Assembly: GCA_047495785.1 (NCBI GenBank)
Contig: JBLDXI010000029.1
Coordinates: 992,001-1,056,000, forward strand
From: Lepidodermella squamata
Lineage: Eukaryota > Animalia > Gastrotricha
Direction: 5' to 3'
Length of the DNA stretch: 64,000 bases
In this document: positions 12,810-23,765 of the stretch, one piece after another
How positions within the stretch are numbered: position 1 is the first letter of the stretch
How the letters are laid out: each line of letters starts with the position of its first letter
Made by a program: the position numbers and the translations under genes
The notes under the pieces: model-generated
Databases searched by the model: none
Seen by the model: only the letters and a program-made list of their open reading frames with translations
Told to the model about the DNA's origin: nothing

Positions 12810-14198
12810 ATGAAACGGTATTACGAGTATCCAGAAGCATCGAGTGACCAGCAACAAACGGGCGAAAATGAAGACTTGTCACAGGCTAAAGATGACGATA
12901 GAACAGGTGTAATTTCCGAACCTGAGGCGAAAATCTCGAATGTTGGCTCGTCCCTCATAACGGGCGACTCGTCCGATCGATCTCTATCGGTGTCGTCAAA
13001 TTTATCCGGATCTTCGTCGGGTGTTGCATCCGCGCAATCAGGCCAGCAGGCCGGGGGGTCAGATCCGAACGGCAGAACTACGCTGTTCATCAGCGGTCTT
13101 CCCCAGGACGTGAAACCTCGCGAGCTCTACCTCTTGTGCCGGCTTATGTCGGGCTATGAACGCTCAGTTCTTCAGGTATTAATTGGCCACTATTGATCAT
13201 GAAGATTGATTGCTAAACAAGTTCACGTAACAATTGAGAATAACATTATTGAATCCGCAAAATTGTTTTTTTTTAATTTAATTAACCTGTAAACCTTAGA
13301 GGTCAATTTTTCAATTTTTTCAGCTTTCGAATAGCTATGTTTATTTTGACTAGGTTAAATCGGTTAAGCATTCTCCAGTTGGTTTCGTAACTTTCGCAAC
13401 TCGGCATCAAGCGACCTTGGCAAAACAAGCTTTGAATGGTGAATTTGATATCTTTTTTTATAGTTTCAGCTTCTGCCGAAGAGCCCTGAGAAAGCAAAAT
13501 AAGCCAGGACTTTGAGAAATAGTTGTTTCCATTTAGCGGGTTAAGAATTATTTATTTTCTTCGTTTTTGTCCGCGAAATTGACGCAGATTTACTCCATAA
13601 CAGAAAAGATTAGCAGTTAATAGCTCACCCAGTTTGAATCATGATTATTATCGCCGATTTCATGCAGGCTTAGTTGAAATCTTAATGGAATTTTAAAGGT
13701 GTGCGCTTTGACCCTAACGACTCGCGCCTCATGCGGGTAGAATTCGCCCGTAAACCAACGATCGATATCAGCAATAACAGTACCACAGCAATCTCAACCG
13801 GATCACCTCTCAACACTGGCCACAACGCTTTTCTGGCCAACAATCCATTGCTATCGAATATCGCCCTGCTGCCAACGCCTAGCAGCTTGCGGTCCTACGT
13901 TCCAGCGGGGGCGAATCAAAATAACAACCCGGTGACTTACTTGAATCTCGCTTCTTTATTACAGCAGCAAAATCAGGCGAATCAACAGAATATTGCAGCG
14001 CTGTTATCTGGCCACCCTGCGTTGCAATATCAACAGCATCAGAATTTGAGCCAGGGCGGCATTTTGTCATTTAATGGACTGCCTCTTCCGTCGCCAATCG
14101 CCTCGATGCCGAATAATAACTGCCCGGGCCAGATGGCAGGCGATGTGAATAACAATGGGGCGCAGAACGGCGCGTTTTCGTTTTTTCCGTTTCAGTAA
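12810..14198 (+). CDS. RBPMS: RBPMS/couch potato-like single-RRM RNA-binding protein
   Basis: Spliced [23 protein letters not shown]...[27 protein letters not shown]...MRVEFARK matches the RBPMS/cpo/MEC-8 consensus. Exons 12810-13175, 13354-13438, 13699-14198; N/Q/P-rich tail. Confidence 0.9.
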
Positions 14199-15236
14199 AC
14201 TTCCATGTTGTCTTTGTTCCATGTTTGTTCAATGTGCAGTATTGCGTACAAAGAATTTCTAGTTTTGCGTCTATTTTCCCTCGTTTTTGTGTTGAGGTCT
14301 TTCAAAGCCTTATGAAGGTGTAATTTGACGAATATTATTCGAGCAATAATCGATAAAGCGGCTCAATTTGGTACGTATATATTTCAGGAATGATGCTACC
14401 CTTAATGACTGGTCAGTAAATAACTTTGAATGACTTCCTATGAAACCAAGCTCAAATCCTATATGACGAATTCTAGAATAAAGCAAACGAATCTATATAT
14501 GTGTTTTTGTTGGAAATGTTGCAATTTTTTCGTGCTGCAAGTTGCGTCGTGAGTCGCCTGCTTGTGGGATTTTATTGATAATAAAAAGTTTGATAACGTC
14601 TTTATAATTTCACGGGCAATCCGATGGTATCGACAAATCGAACATTGAAGATGCGGAACTTGGTAAAAAAAACGGTTTGTCTGACAAGAGGACAAACTGA
14701 TCCTTGGACAGAAGTGGATCACCGAAATACGATAAAATACTCATTTTCGAGAGAAATCGGATACAGGTGTCTGGGCGGGACATTTTTGAATTCTTCAGAT
14801 TAAGTGTGCCAATAGGTAAATAAAGGGATAGAAACTTCGAACCGTACTCTGCCGTACTTTTCCAGCATCTTACTAGTGGTTTGAACCTCCTCGAGAAGAT
14901 CCTGAGCCGAAGGCCTGCCCTTACTTCGAAATGCCTCTTGCGATCCATTTTTCTAGTGCAGCAGATTGGCTGACATGCTGAATGTACAACATTATAGCCT
15001 ACAATTCAACACAAGGGGCAATAGTCTTGCCACTATAACCCGGGACATTCGTGGCATCCTTGAGCCATTTTTCCATTAACTTGGTTATCCCACTTAAACA
15101 GAACTTAGTCTTCTGAGGAGTGAAATTCGATTTTTATTTTATTGATGAACATCATATTTTCGCATAATTGTATATAAAAATCTGCAATGATTCGAAGTCT
15201 TTATTGGCTTCATTAAAGAATGCTGCAATGTTTTCA

Positions 15237-15797
15237 TTAGTAGGGAGCGGCGCCAGTCTCGACGGCGACGCTGTACGAGAAGTTGTTGGAGGCGGAGTAG
15301 CTGCCGCTCTTGTGGCCCTTGCGACCCTTGTTGCGCTTGCCGCCGAACTTCTTGTGGCCAGCCTTCTTGTTGAACTTGCCGTGACGCTTGTTTTTGCGGC
15401 CGCCGAACGAGCCCGATCGCGAATACGAGCCAGACTTGGACATGCGCTGGTGCACGCGCTTGAACTTCTTGGTGGACACCTTGCGGGTGTGCTTGTTGGT
15501 GCGAGCGGACACCGACGCGGACACCGACTTGGAGTACGAGCCGCGGCGCTTGTTGCGCTTCGAGACGAACTTCTTGCCGAAGTTCTTCACCGGCCGCTTG
15601 TTCTTCTGGTACGATGAGCCGCTCTTCGAGACACTGTACGAGTAGCTTCGGGAAACTTCCTTGTTTGGCCTGCCACGACCGGCTTCGGTCTCGGTGAAGG
15701 CTGAAAAAGAAGAAACAATGAATATTTGCCGAAAGCACTTGAATGCTTTACCAAGAGCCATGAGGATGGCAACAGCAATGGCACAAGCGAAACGCAT
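15237..15797 (-). CDS. Secreted cationic (Ser-X)n block protein, paralog A (~169 aa)
   Basis: Signal peptide MRFACAIAVAILMALA; phase-1 intron 15701-15751; mature chain K/R/S/G/F/Y-rich with SYSYSVSKS, GSYSKSVSASVS blocks; strong C/G-ending codon bias; TATA box upstream; paralog at 48317-48793. Confidence 0.85.
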   Translation of the reverse strand: MRFACAIAVAILMALGKAFKCFRQIFIVSSFSAFTETEAGRGRPNKEVSRSYSYSVSKSGSSYQKNKRPVKNFGKKFVSKRNKRRGSYSKSVSASVSARTNKHTRKVSTKKFKRVHQRMSKSGSYSRSGSFGGRKNKRHGKFNKKAGHKKFGGKRNKGRKGHKSGSYSASNNFSYSVAVETGAAPY

Positions 15798-15875
15798 TTT
15801 TGAAATGTTATTCAAGGTTTAAGCGAATATCAATTGGAAATCGAATATTGATGGTGATCGCGGGATGGGGCAGGA

Positions 15876-15882
15876 TTTTATA
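15876..15882 (-). promoter_or_regulatory. TATA box of cationic protein gene A
   Basis: Minus strand reads ccTATAAAAtcc about 80 nt upstream of ATG 15797. Confidence 0.6.
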
Positions 15883-16067
15883 GGGATGGCTAATTGGTTA
15901 GGCGACTTATAGCGTAATTGATATTTTTTGTTGTTAATTGAATTGAAATAAAAGGGAATCATTGGCTAACGATGGAATGGCGTAACAACGGAACCTCCCT
16001 CTTCTAATCCAAACCGAATGCCTAAAGTTCAAAGAAAACTAAATAATGAAATCAACGAATAAAAATG

Positions 16068-16139
16068 TTCCCTGACCGGGAATCGAACCCGGGCCGCCGC
16101 GGTGAAAGCGCGGAATCCTAACCACTAGACCATCAGGGA
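16068..16139 (-). tRNA. tRNA-Glu (TTC)
   Basis: TCCCTGATGGTCTAGTGGTTAGGATTCCGCGCTTTCACCGCGGCGGCCCGGGTTCGATTCCCGGTCAGGGAA; cloverleaf with anticodon arm CCGCG-CTTTCAC-CGCGG; T-run downstream. Confidence 0.97.
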
Positions 16140-16211
16140 GTGCATGTTTAGCATTGACGCTGTTTGACTGTAGAATAATGCGATCGAAAATAAAGCGATG
16201 AAAAAATGATG

Positions 16212-16284
16212 CGCCCTCCGGGGGACTCGAACCCCCGACCCTGTGATTAAAAGTCACATGCTCTACCGACTGAGCTAGGAAGGC
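16212..16284 (-). tRNA. tRNA-Lys (TTT)
   Basis: GCCTTCCTAGCTCAGTCGGTAGAGCATGTGACTTTTAATCACAGGGTCGGGGGTTCGAGTCCCCCGGAGGGCG; anticodon arm TGTGA-CTTTTAA-TCACA; T-run terminator. Confidence 0.97.
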
Positions 16285-16618
16285 CCTTGCAAATTAATGT
16301 AGCTAAGAATACATTGGGTGTGCATTATGTAAAACATGTAAAACATTAATTTTAATTTCTTAGGGCCAAAGCATGCTTCATCTGAAATTTGAATATGCAC
16401 ACTTTCATCGCGTTATTCTGAGCGTTTAATTGCACCCGCATAGATTGATTTGTCCATAATAATGTCATTCACCGTTATGACTCAGTCTCAAGATGTTGCA
16501 TTACCATGTTAAGGTAACTAATTCAATAAAAAAAACGTACACATTTGCTAATTTGTCGTGTTGTGAGCATCTAACTTGGTGTTGGGTTCATAAGTCGGAA
16601 TGCGCTAGTGAGCATTGT

Positions 16619-16995
16619 GGAGGCGGACAACGCGTGAGTACCCTTTCAAGATTAGCTGCGAGTTGATCGCTGTCTCCTCCGACCGGCCGATCCCCCAGCC
16701 TTTGTGTGTCTTGTCGTTGTAGGTCTCTTCGCGCTGTCGCTCAATCGAGTAGCGGTGCCGCAGCACGTCGCGCGACGATCCACCGATCGATCGAACGACC
16801 GAACGCTCGGCGACCAGTAAGCTTTGGCTCTAACTCATGGGTGTATGCTGTGTCTTCTAGGCTACCAACCAGTGCGCCACCAGTGCCTAGCGGTAGTTTA
16901 GCTCCAGACCTCCTCTCTCTCCCTTCCATATCGCCTCCACCAGCGGTGCCGTGGGCCTTGGCTACCAGGAGCTTTGAGGCCGGCGCCCTTCTTTT
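16619..16995 (+). ncRNA. RN7SK: 7SK small nuclear RNA homolog (~377 nt)
   Basis: 5' GGAGGCG (16619) pairs with CGCCTCC (16932-16938), forming the basal closing stem. Paired GAUC motifs TTGATCGCTG...CGGCCGATC (16663-16692) resemble the 7SK HEXIM-binding stem. The 3' hairpin GGTGCC..GGCCT..GGCT/AGCT..AGGCC GGCGCC is followed by CTTCTTTT (Pol III end). TATA-like cataag at about -30. Confidence 0.8.
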
Positions 16996-17740
16996 GCGAT
17001 TTTTTCCAATTATTCAAAACGCTGGAATGATTCGCTCCGGTCCGAGAGCAACTTAAAGTTGGAGGCATGTTAAACAATAAATCCTGGAAATTGCTAATCC
17101 AAATTTTGGCATTCCTAGCGCATTTCAGTAAATGAGGGACATGCAGCATAAGAAACATTTCCCAATCGGGATTCGATGGGTGCGGAAATGAGCGTTGACC
17201 TTTGAATGAATCTTTTATAAGCCTGAAATAGCCGACGATTTTTTAGCCGCGTCACGAGCTTCACCATTTACTGAACAATTTCTTCGCGCGTCGAATAGTG
17301 CCCTTTAAACCGAGAGTTCTGGCCCCGAAATTTCAATTCTGAATTACCTATGAGCTTTATAGCGCGGCTTCAGCGCGATCAACTCGATCTTGCAGCAGCT
17401 GCATTCTGGCTATCAAAACAGATACTTCATTTCGATGAGCAGCTGAAGAGTTGACTGGAGGGCTGACCTCTGAAACAGCGCACTTTCTGATGTTGATACC
17501 AGTTTCGCTAAGAGGTTTCTGAATCGCAGGCAGCGGCGTTCGCTTACTTCTAGCGAATTCGAAGTTGCAAAATTTGCTAAAAGATCAAGCAGCGTTGGCA
17601 CGGGAGTAGACCAAGGTACGGAATTAATACCGGGAAAGTCGTAGAGGACGGCTTCAAAAAAGGTGACGCAAAATTCTCAGATGAATTTCAAAGTATTCAA
17701 GAACAATCGGAGAAATCGGTGATAATATTAAGATGCTTAA

Positions 17741-17838
17741 TCGCGTCGAAACTTCAGACGGCTGCCTTCGGGTAGTATTGTCGCGTTTCGGTGGTGACTT
17801 TTTGGCGTGCCAATATCATCGACGGTGATGCGGCATGC
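17741..17838 (+). ncRNA. Unnamed structured small RNA with Sm-like site (SL RNA / SmY-like candidate)
   Basis: Hairpin capped by a C(UUCG)G tetraloop (GCTGCC-TTCG-GGTAGT) inside a long imperfect stem 17741-17797; ACTTTTTGG Sm-like site 17797-17805; second hairpin GCGTGCC..ATCATC-GAC-GGTGAT..GGCATGC. Many G-U pairs favour the + strand. The 5' end is uncertain. Confidence 0.5.
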
Positions 17839-17901
17839 GGCCCGGCAAAGGCAAAAGCAGGTTTTTATTCGTTTCTCTTCCCAGCTTTGATGCAAAAATG
17901 T

Positions 17902-17983
17902 CGCTGCCAGTAGGATTTGAACCTACGCGCGGAGACCGCATCTGATTTCAAGTCAGACCCCTTAACCACTCGGGCATAGCAGC
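17902..17983 (-). tRNA. tRNA-Ser (TGA)
   Basis: GCTGCTATGCCCGAGTGGTTAAGGGGTCTGACTTGAAATCAGATGCGGTCTCCGCGCGTAGGTTCAAATCCTACTGGCAGCG; long variable arm, G discriminator, anticodon arm TCTGA-CTTGAAA-TCAGA. Confidence 0.96.
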
Positions 17984-18126
17984 TTGGTTGGATTAATGAT
18001 GTGGAGTTCATATCCCTATATAAAATGAGGCATAAACCAAACATTTAACACAGCTGCAAGCTCTTTATTGAAAATAATGACACAACAAACACCTTCTTTA
18101 TTGAGAAACATCACATAATTGCATCT

Positions 18127-19380
18127 TCAAGAGGCAGGTGAAGTCTTTTTCAGCTTCTTTCGAAGAGTGGCAGTGAATTGCGAAAGAGATTTGTTCTTCT
18201 CGAGGGCGATTCTAAACCTCGACCCGAGAATCTGACAGAGATTAGCCAGCACCATAGCTGCAGCAAGCACAACAACCCTACCCAACTCATCTTTGGGCGC
18301 CCACATCACCCTCATCAATTTAGTTTGAAAATCGTCGTAGTAATCAGGCGGCAACCTGTTGCGAAATATGAAAGACGTCGCTAGACCTTCGGATGGATCT
18401 GTGATCGTGGCAAAAGCAATAAGCAGATTCGCTGTATTTCTACAATCAGCCAAAAGCGGTGAAATGGGCTCAAGAATCCTCGTGACGCAAATGAATGTCA
18501 AATTGCTGATATCAGGTGAATCCTTCAATTTGACCCTGTCAGCCGGTGATGCCGCGGCTTTTGCCAAAGCAAGCGCAATCACTCGGATGACATTGTTATT
18601 AGCCTCTTGAACAGGTGGATATGTCTTTTCCAGCAGAGTCACCTCTGTCATTAGGCTTATCATGTGCGTGAAATCGTGGCGACCCATAAAATTGATGAAT
18701 CTACGCACTGGCATTATTGCAATGTCAAATTCTTTGCGAGAGTTATCCGCACACAAGTTGCAAGCCGTCATTATCACCGGCTTTGCTTGAACGCTATTTG
18801 TCTCTTCGTCGCACAGAAGATGGCAAATCAGCGTTGTAAGCGGCTCGGCGCATCGCGCTGCAGACAGCAGATTGTCGTAGTGCCTGCCGTATTCCGGCCA
18901 TTTAACGCCAAGAGATTTGAAGACAATAAACGACATGTAACCTGCACGTCTATGCAAATCGGTTTTCTGAGGCGATTTGAACACTAACATCGCCAGTTTC
19001 GGTATGTAGTGCTGGTAGAACTCTGGAACCGCGATGAAATACTTGCCAACCAATTCCCAACGTTCATCGTCGACAAGTTTCGCTAGGCAAGAATGAATCA
19101 CCAGCTTGTCAATTGCACTTGGAATTTCGTTATCAACAGCCTCGATGTCCATTGTTTTACTGGGTTTAAAAATGCTTTTCACAGCGGGATTCGGTGAAAA
19201 TCGGTCGATGAGAATCATCGAACCTATGCATTCGGTCCATTCATCCATGCTCAGCCTGCCGTTTAGAATAGAATCGGGGTTGAATCTAGCTAAACATGCG
19301 TGAGACATTCTCAGCAGCTCGGCATCCACGGTAAAATCTGGGACAGGTTCGAGCGCAGGATCAAAATTCCGGAACGCCAT
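18127..19380 (-). CDS. Uncharacterised ~417-aa protein, probably alpha-helical solenoid
   Basis: Long uninterrupted ORF with normal composition and amphipathic helical segments; acceptor-like tttag 12 nt upstream of the ATG; AATAAA signals downstream. No family recognised. Confidence 0.7.
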   Translation of the reverse strand: MAFRNFDPALEPVPDFTVDAELLRMSHACLARFNPDSILNGRLSMDEWTECIGSMILIDRFSPNPAVKSIFKPSKTMDIEAVDNEIPSAIDKLVIHSCLAKLVDDERWELVGKYFIAVPEFYQHYIPKLAMLVFKSPQKTDLHRRAGYMSFIVFKSLGVKWPEYGRHYDNLLSAARCAEPLTTLICHLLCDEETNSVQAKPVIMTACNLCADNSRKEFDIAIMPVRRFINFMGRHDFTHMISLMTEVTLLEKTYPPVQEANNNVIRVIALALAKAAASPADRVKLKDSPDISNLTFICVTRILEPISPLLADCRNTANLLIAFATITDPSEGLATSFIFRNRLPPDYYDDFQTKLMRVMWAPKDELGRVVVLAAAMVLANLCQILGSRFRIALEKNKSLSQFTATLRKKLKKTSPAS

Positions 19381-20672
19381 TAGTGGCACTTGCTAAAGCT
19401 ACAATAAGAAATCTAGTACTTACAGGAAAATTACAATACAAAATGTGAGCATTAATGCGAAATAGTTTACATGCATTTCAGAAAAGCAAGCCAGATACAA
19501 ATATATTGCCGGAATGTGGTTATTCCTACTGAAAACAAGCTTCAAGTTGGCTTCAAGTTGGGTTGCGTTAAACCGCATGCTAGCTCAAATTTCATGAGTA
19601 TCTCATAAATAATGAAACACGTTTAAAACGCGGTCATGAACTTCTGCGTATACATTAATCATGTTAATACTCGACATCTGGGCTTGACCCAACGAAATAC
19701 TTTGTGGGTGCATATGCGGTTCACGCGTTTAGGTGTTAGATAGCATGGGGGCCTATAGGCTAATGTGCGCATATTAAAATGAGCGCTTACATAGAACGAG
19801 AACACAGCTTAATTTCTATAGTAAGACGCAATATTTAGACGCCGAATCCCATTACGAGAAATTCCATAAGTCTTCGATCTCTAAGCGATCCTTGTCGTGA
19901 TTTTACGGTTAAACTTTCCTGAAGTGCTACATGCGGTATTTCCGTGCCACATTTTTTGAGCCAATGATATTTCTGAGTCCAAAGTCTGAAGATCCTAGGG
20001 AGAAAATCATTGGAAAATTCGACGATTTGTGGCACCATTATATGGTCTGTGTGACTGCTTTCGCTCCAGAGCGTTTTTGCGATTTATGTCAAATTATTCT
20101 AAAATTCAAATTCCCGAATTCCCCTATTAAAAACAAAACACATTCTGATATCACTCGTTTTTATTCAACTCAATCTCCTCATCCAATCATATTCAAAGTC
20201 GAGAAACACCTTTTCCTCAAATATTGGCAGCATCACCCACAAACGTACAACGAAACATCTCATCAACCCGGGAAAGGAACGACGCTGAGAAAAGATATAT
20301 ATTAAGCTCTTCAAAAGTGAAAAAGATAGAATTCAGATTTCTCTTCGACTAAATAAATCTATAATAATGACTGGTTTTCGGAAAAAATGGCACGATAAAA
20401 TTCATTATTTTTCATTCGACATACAAAATAGAGTTAAATAGCCTTCATTCGCGAGAGATATGGCACAGGCCGTAGTAGAAAAGCGGAAAATCTGTACGAC
20501 AAATACTTTTGCTTATAAATCAATAAAGCGAGGAAGCAGGAAAATCAGCCCGTTCATTCAAGATTTATATACCTATATATATATCAGAGGATAAATTTGC
20601 GCAATTTTTTCAATCAAGATCACAATAAATATTCGTAAAAAAAGAAGAATGTTACTTGGACGATTGCTTTGA

Positions 20673-23600
20673 TCACTCTTCGACGAAATCAGACCGACGA
20701 ACACCGGCCAGGTCAGGAATTAACGGGATAGCTGTCGCGAGGTTCGGCGGACTAGGCATCAGCTCGATGTCAGTGTACAACAGGAATGAGCTCAACTCAT
20801 TCGGCAGGCCCAGCTTTTCAACCGCAGCTTCGTACCGCCTAGGGTCCGGCGTTAAAATCGCCCGTCTCACCGCCAAACGCGCCAAGTGTTGCAAATTCGG
20901 CGGCGAATTGAAGCCCTCGGCTATCAGGGTGGAAATTCGATTGGACCTGGGTCTTCGCGACCTTGGCATACAGGCGGCTTGTGTCAACCTCGCAGCGACA
21001 TCGAACCGCCGCATTGTGAAGGCCATGTCGAACAAACCGGCTGGGGGTGACACGGACTGCGCGAAGTAGCAGCAGGACGGGTCGGGCAGGCAGAGAAGGA
21101 GGTGCCGCAGAATGAAAGGGTTGTTCGCTGTGATAACAGCGGTTAATACCCGCTCGATGAATACTTGGGGAATGACACCGAAAGCAGCACCGTGTGACAG
21201 TAAGATGGACGCAGATTCAACTTCGTCCTTCATCAACGCCCTATGCAACACATTCAGCCCGCTGTTGTCCCGGGCGGTTAACGCAAAGTCGAGGTTGGGC
21301 TGGTTTTTCGCTAAATATTCGCAGATAAACGCGGTTTTTCTCGCAGATCGAACGGCTAGATGAACGGGGGTTGCGCCGTTGTGGTCGCGTAAATCGAGCC
21401 TCGCGCCTGATTTCAGCAGCTGGTCGACGAATTGAACGGAGGCGGGCGAGCGGCATTTGCACGCGTGATGAAGCGCCGTCATGCCGAGAACATCTGCCCG
21501 GTTGAGTTCGATTTTTGGGTGTTCGAGAAGGACAGTCACTGCGAACGGCCGGTTTACGATGATCGCATATGTCAGCGGCGTGACACCTAAAAAAATATTT
21601 AAAAAATTGTATAATGTAAGTTAGGATAAGAATAGGATGCACTGGATAAATAACCGCTCAGTAGTTTCTGGGTCAAGCTAATTATAACTCATTATTTTGC
21701 ACTGTGTTCGAAGAGCAATAACAATGCGAACAGCAATTATGAGATCCCCGAAGCTGCTGTACGTAAGGAAGAAATGTCCCAAGCTGATTGACAGTCTTTT
21801 CTGTAACGACAACCAAGGCAGCGTATGGGGCCAGTCTCATGGGGCGATGAGCCACGCTTGGCCGCAATTGTTTATCTTATTGCAACTTTCTCAACATTTT
21901 ACAATTTAAATTGTGTTACGCTGAGTCACATAATTTTGAAGATTTGTATTGAAAAATAGCAAAGGCCCAGAGAGAAAATTGGCAAATGGCATCTTGGTTA
22001 AGCTGTAGTTTCTAGAGTAAACTTTTTTAGCCTGTTTCCGCGTTATACTGGGCCTCGAAAGGGAACAATCGAGTGTGCGACGATGGAGCGCAATGTAATT
22101 AATAGACCCCGCCAATTAGGTCTGGATAAAAAGACAGGAAACAAGGAGGATATTTGAAGGCGGTAATGACAAAAAACGTGGAAAATTTGCTCCCGAAGCG
22201 TCTCATCTTCAAATCACGGGGTATATTCTAGCTACAATGTTCTGACAGTAACCATCACGAAATCTGGTCTGAAGTGGAATCAACTTGCTGACATTATGAA
22301 ACTAAACTTGGCTGTCTTGTTACTGACAGTGGCTTTTCTTGTAATGACGCCCGCGGTTTGGCTTTTCATCACCGGAAAATAACCGGTCTTATTAAGGAGC
22401 GGGTAAATGAACTGAAAGCTCAGCAGGTTCTTGAACCTTTTCCACCTTTTTGCATTCAACTTTTAAAAGGAAGAGTCGAGCAGTAGAAATTAGAGAAATT
22501 GGAAAGAGTAGTCGTGACGATGGGACCCACTGCTGCACCCTGCACTTGAACAGGTACGTTAGCGGTTCTTCCTTGTCTGAATCCTCTGCCGAGGAAGATA
22601 CTGTGCAAACGGCCACGTCCGCAAAGGTCCCCCACTACGCTGGAAATATACTTTTCTCCGCAGAAAATTTCTCTTTCCGCAGAAGCACTTTGGCGACGAG
22701 GCATTGACAGCAATTGCCTTCTCAAAATGCATCAATCTTAACATCCTTCTAACAAACCATCTATTATTCTACGCTAGCCACTACATGACATTAGGCAAAT
22801 GAGCAGTTTTGTTTTTATTGTTACTTTTGTTATACTGAATCATGAATAGCTGAACAATAAACAACAATAAAGCAGTCAAGTACCTATAGGATGAATCGAC
22901 TTAGTATCGCGCGCCGATTCAGAAAATAATTTTTTCATTCATTTTTTAAGAAACCGCAAAATCTCTGCCAAAAAGTGTTTTTACTGCTCAAAGAAGTGTG
23001 ATTCTGCTAAACAAAGTGCTTTTTGCGGATAAAGAAGCGTGGTCCCTACGCTGTGGTCAAGTTTTCTCTAAAATCTACTCTTTTTCATCTATACATTCAT
23101 CATGAATAAGCCTCAGATCTCACTATTATGCGTATTTTGCGCTATGAGCGGTCATTTTTACGGGTTATACGGGTTATTTACGGGTATTAAAAATCAGTGA
23201 TTTCCGATATTCCGAAATTGAGGTAGCCAGCATCAAAATTATTCACGAAACTGATGGTACCAGGTAGCTAAACCGAAAAATTCCCAACAGATGCACCATT
23301 AGTCATTATCGATCGAGCTTTCAGTGGTGCAAATTTGCAGACCCTTTTAATATTTCGCATATTTTTTGAAAAATACTCACCATCATCGGACGACAAATTA
23401 GGATCGCTATCGTATTGCATAAGTGCGTTGAAAATCTCCTCGTTATTGACAATAATCGCCCGGGTCAGCGCAGACAGTGCGCTCTTCATTGTTCGATCCG
23501 GATTAGCACCCAGCTGCAGCAGCAGTTCAACAACATCGACCCGCTGGTACTTTACCGCAAGTTGTATCAGCGTCTCATCGCCGTACATGCGGTTTAATTT

Positions 23601-23765
23601 CAGCGACGAGGCGGCTTGCGCCGAATTCGACGAATCTCGAGCTGCAACCAGCGCGCTTTTCAACGCGTCAAAATCGCTACGTGCCAGCGCCGCTTCAACG
23701 GCTGATTTCGGCAGCAACGAGGCTAAATGCGGCGCCGACATTATACAACTTGTCTGCGCGCCCAT
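20673..23765 (-). CDS. Ankyrin repeat and SOCS-box protein (ASB-like) 1, N-myristoylation motif
   Basis: Exons 23765-23381 and 21586-20673 join in phase 1 (DDG|VTPLTYA). Ankyrin repeats GMTALHHAC, GATPVHLAV, GLNVLHRAL; SOCS box PPNLQHLARLAVRRAI...LGLPNELSSFLLY; N-terminus MGAQTSC. Confidence 0.88.

Noticed and set aside
15139-15738. Long overlapping ORFs 15139-15738(-) and 15168-15617(+)
   Set aside because: They are by-products of the codon-biased cationic gene; only the frame ending at 15237 has a signal peptide, an intron and a paralog.
16560-17000. Telomerase RNA, RNase P or RNase MRP as the identity of the GC-rich island
   Set aside because: No CUAACCCUAA-type template and no P4 (CR-I/CR-V) motifs; 7SK motifs fit better.
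17741-17838. U5 snRNA or H/ACA snoRNA identity
   Set aside because: It lacks the U5 loop GCCUUUUAC and lacks an ANANNA hinge with ACA tail.
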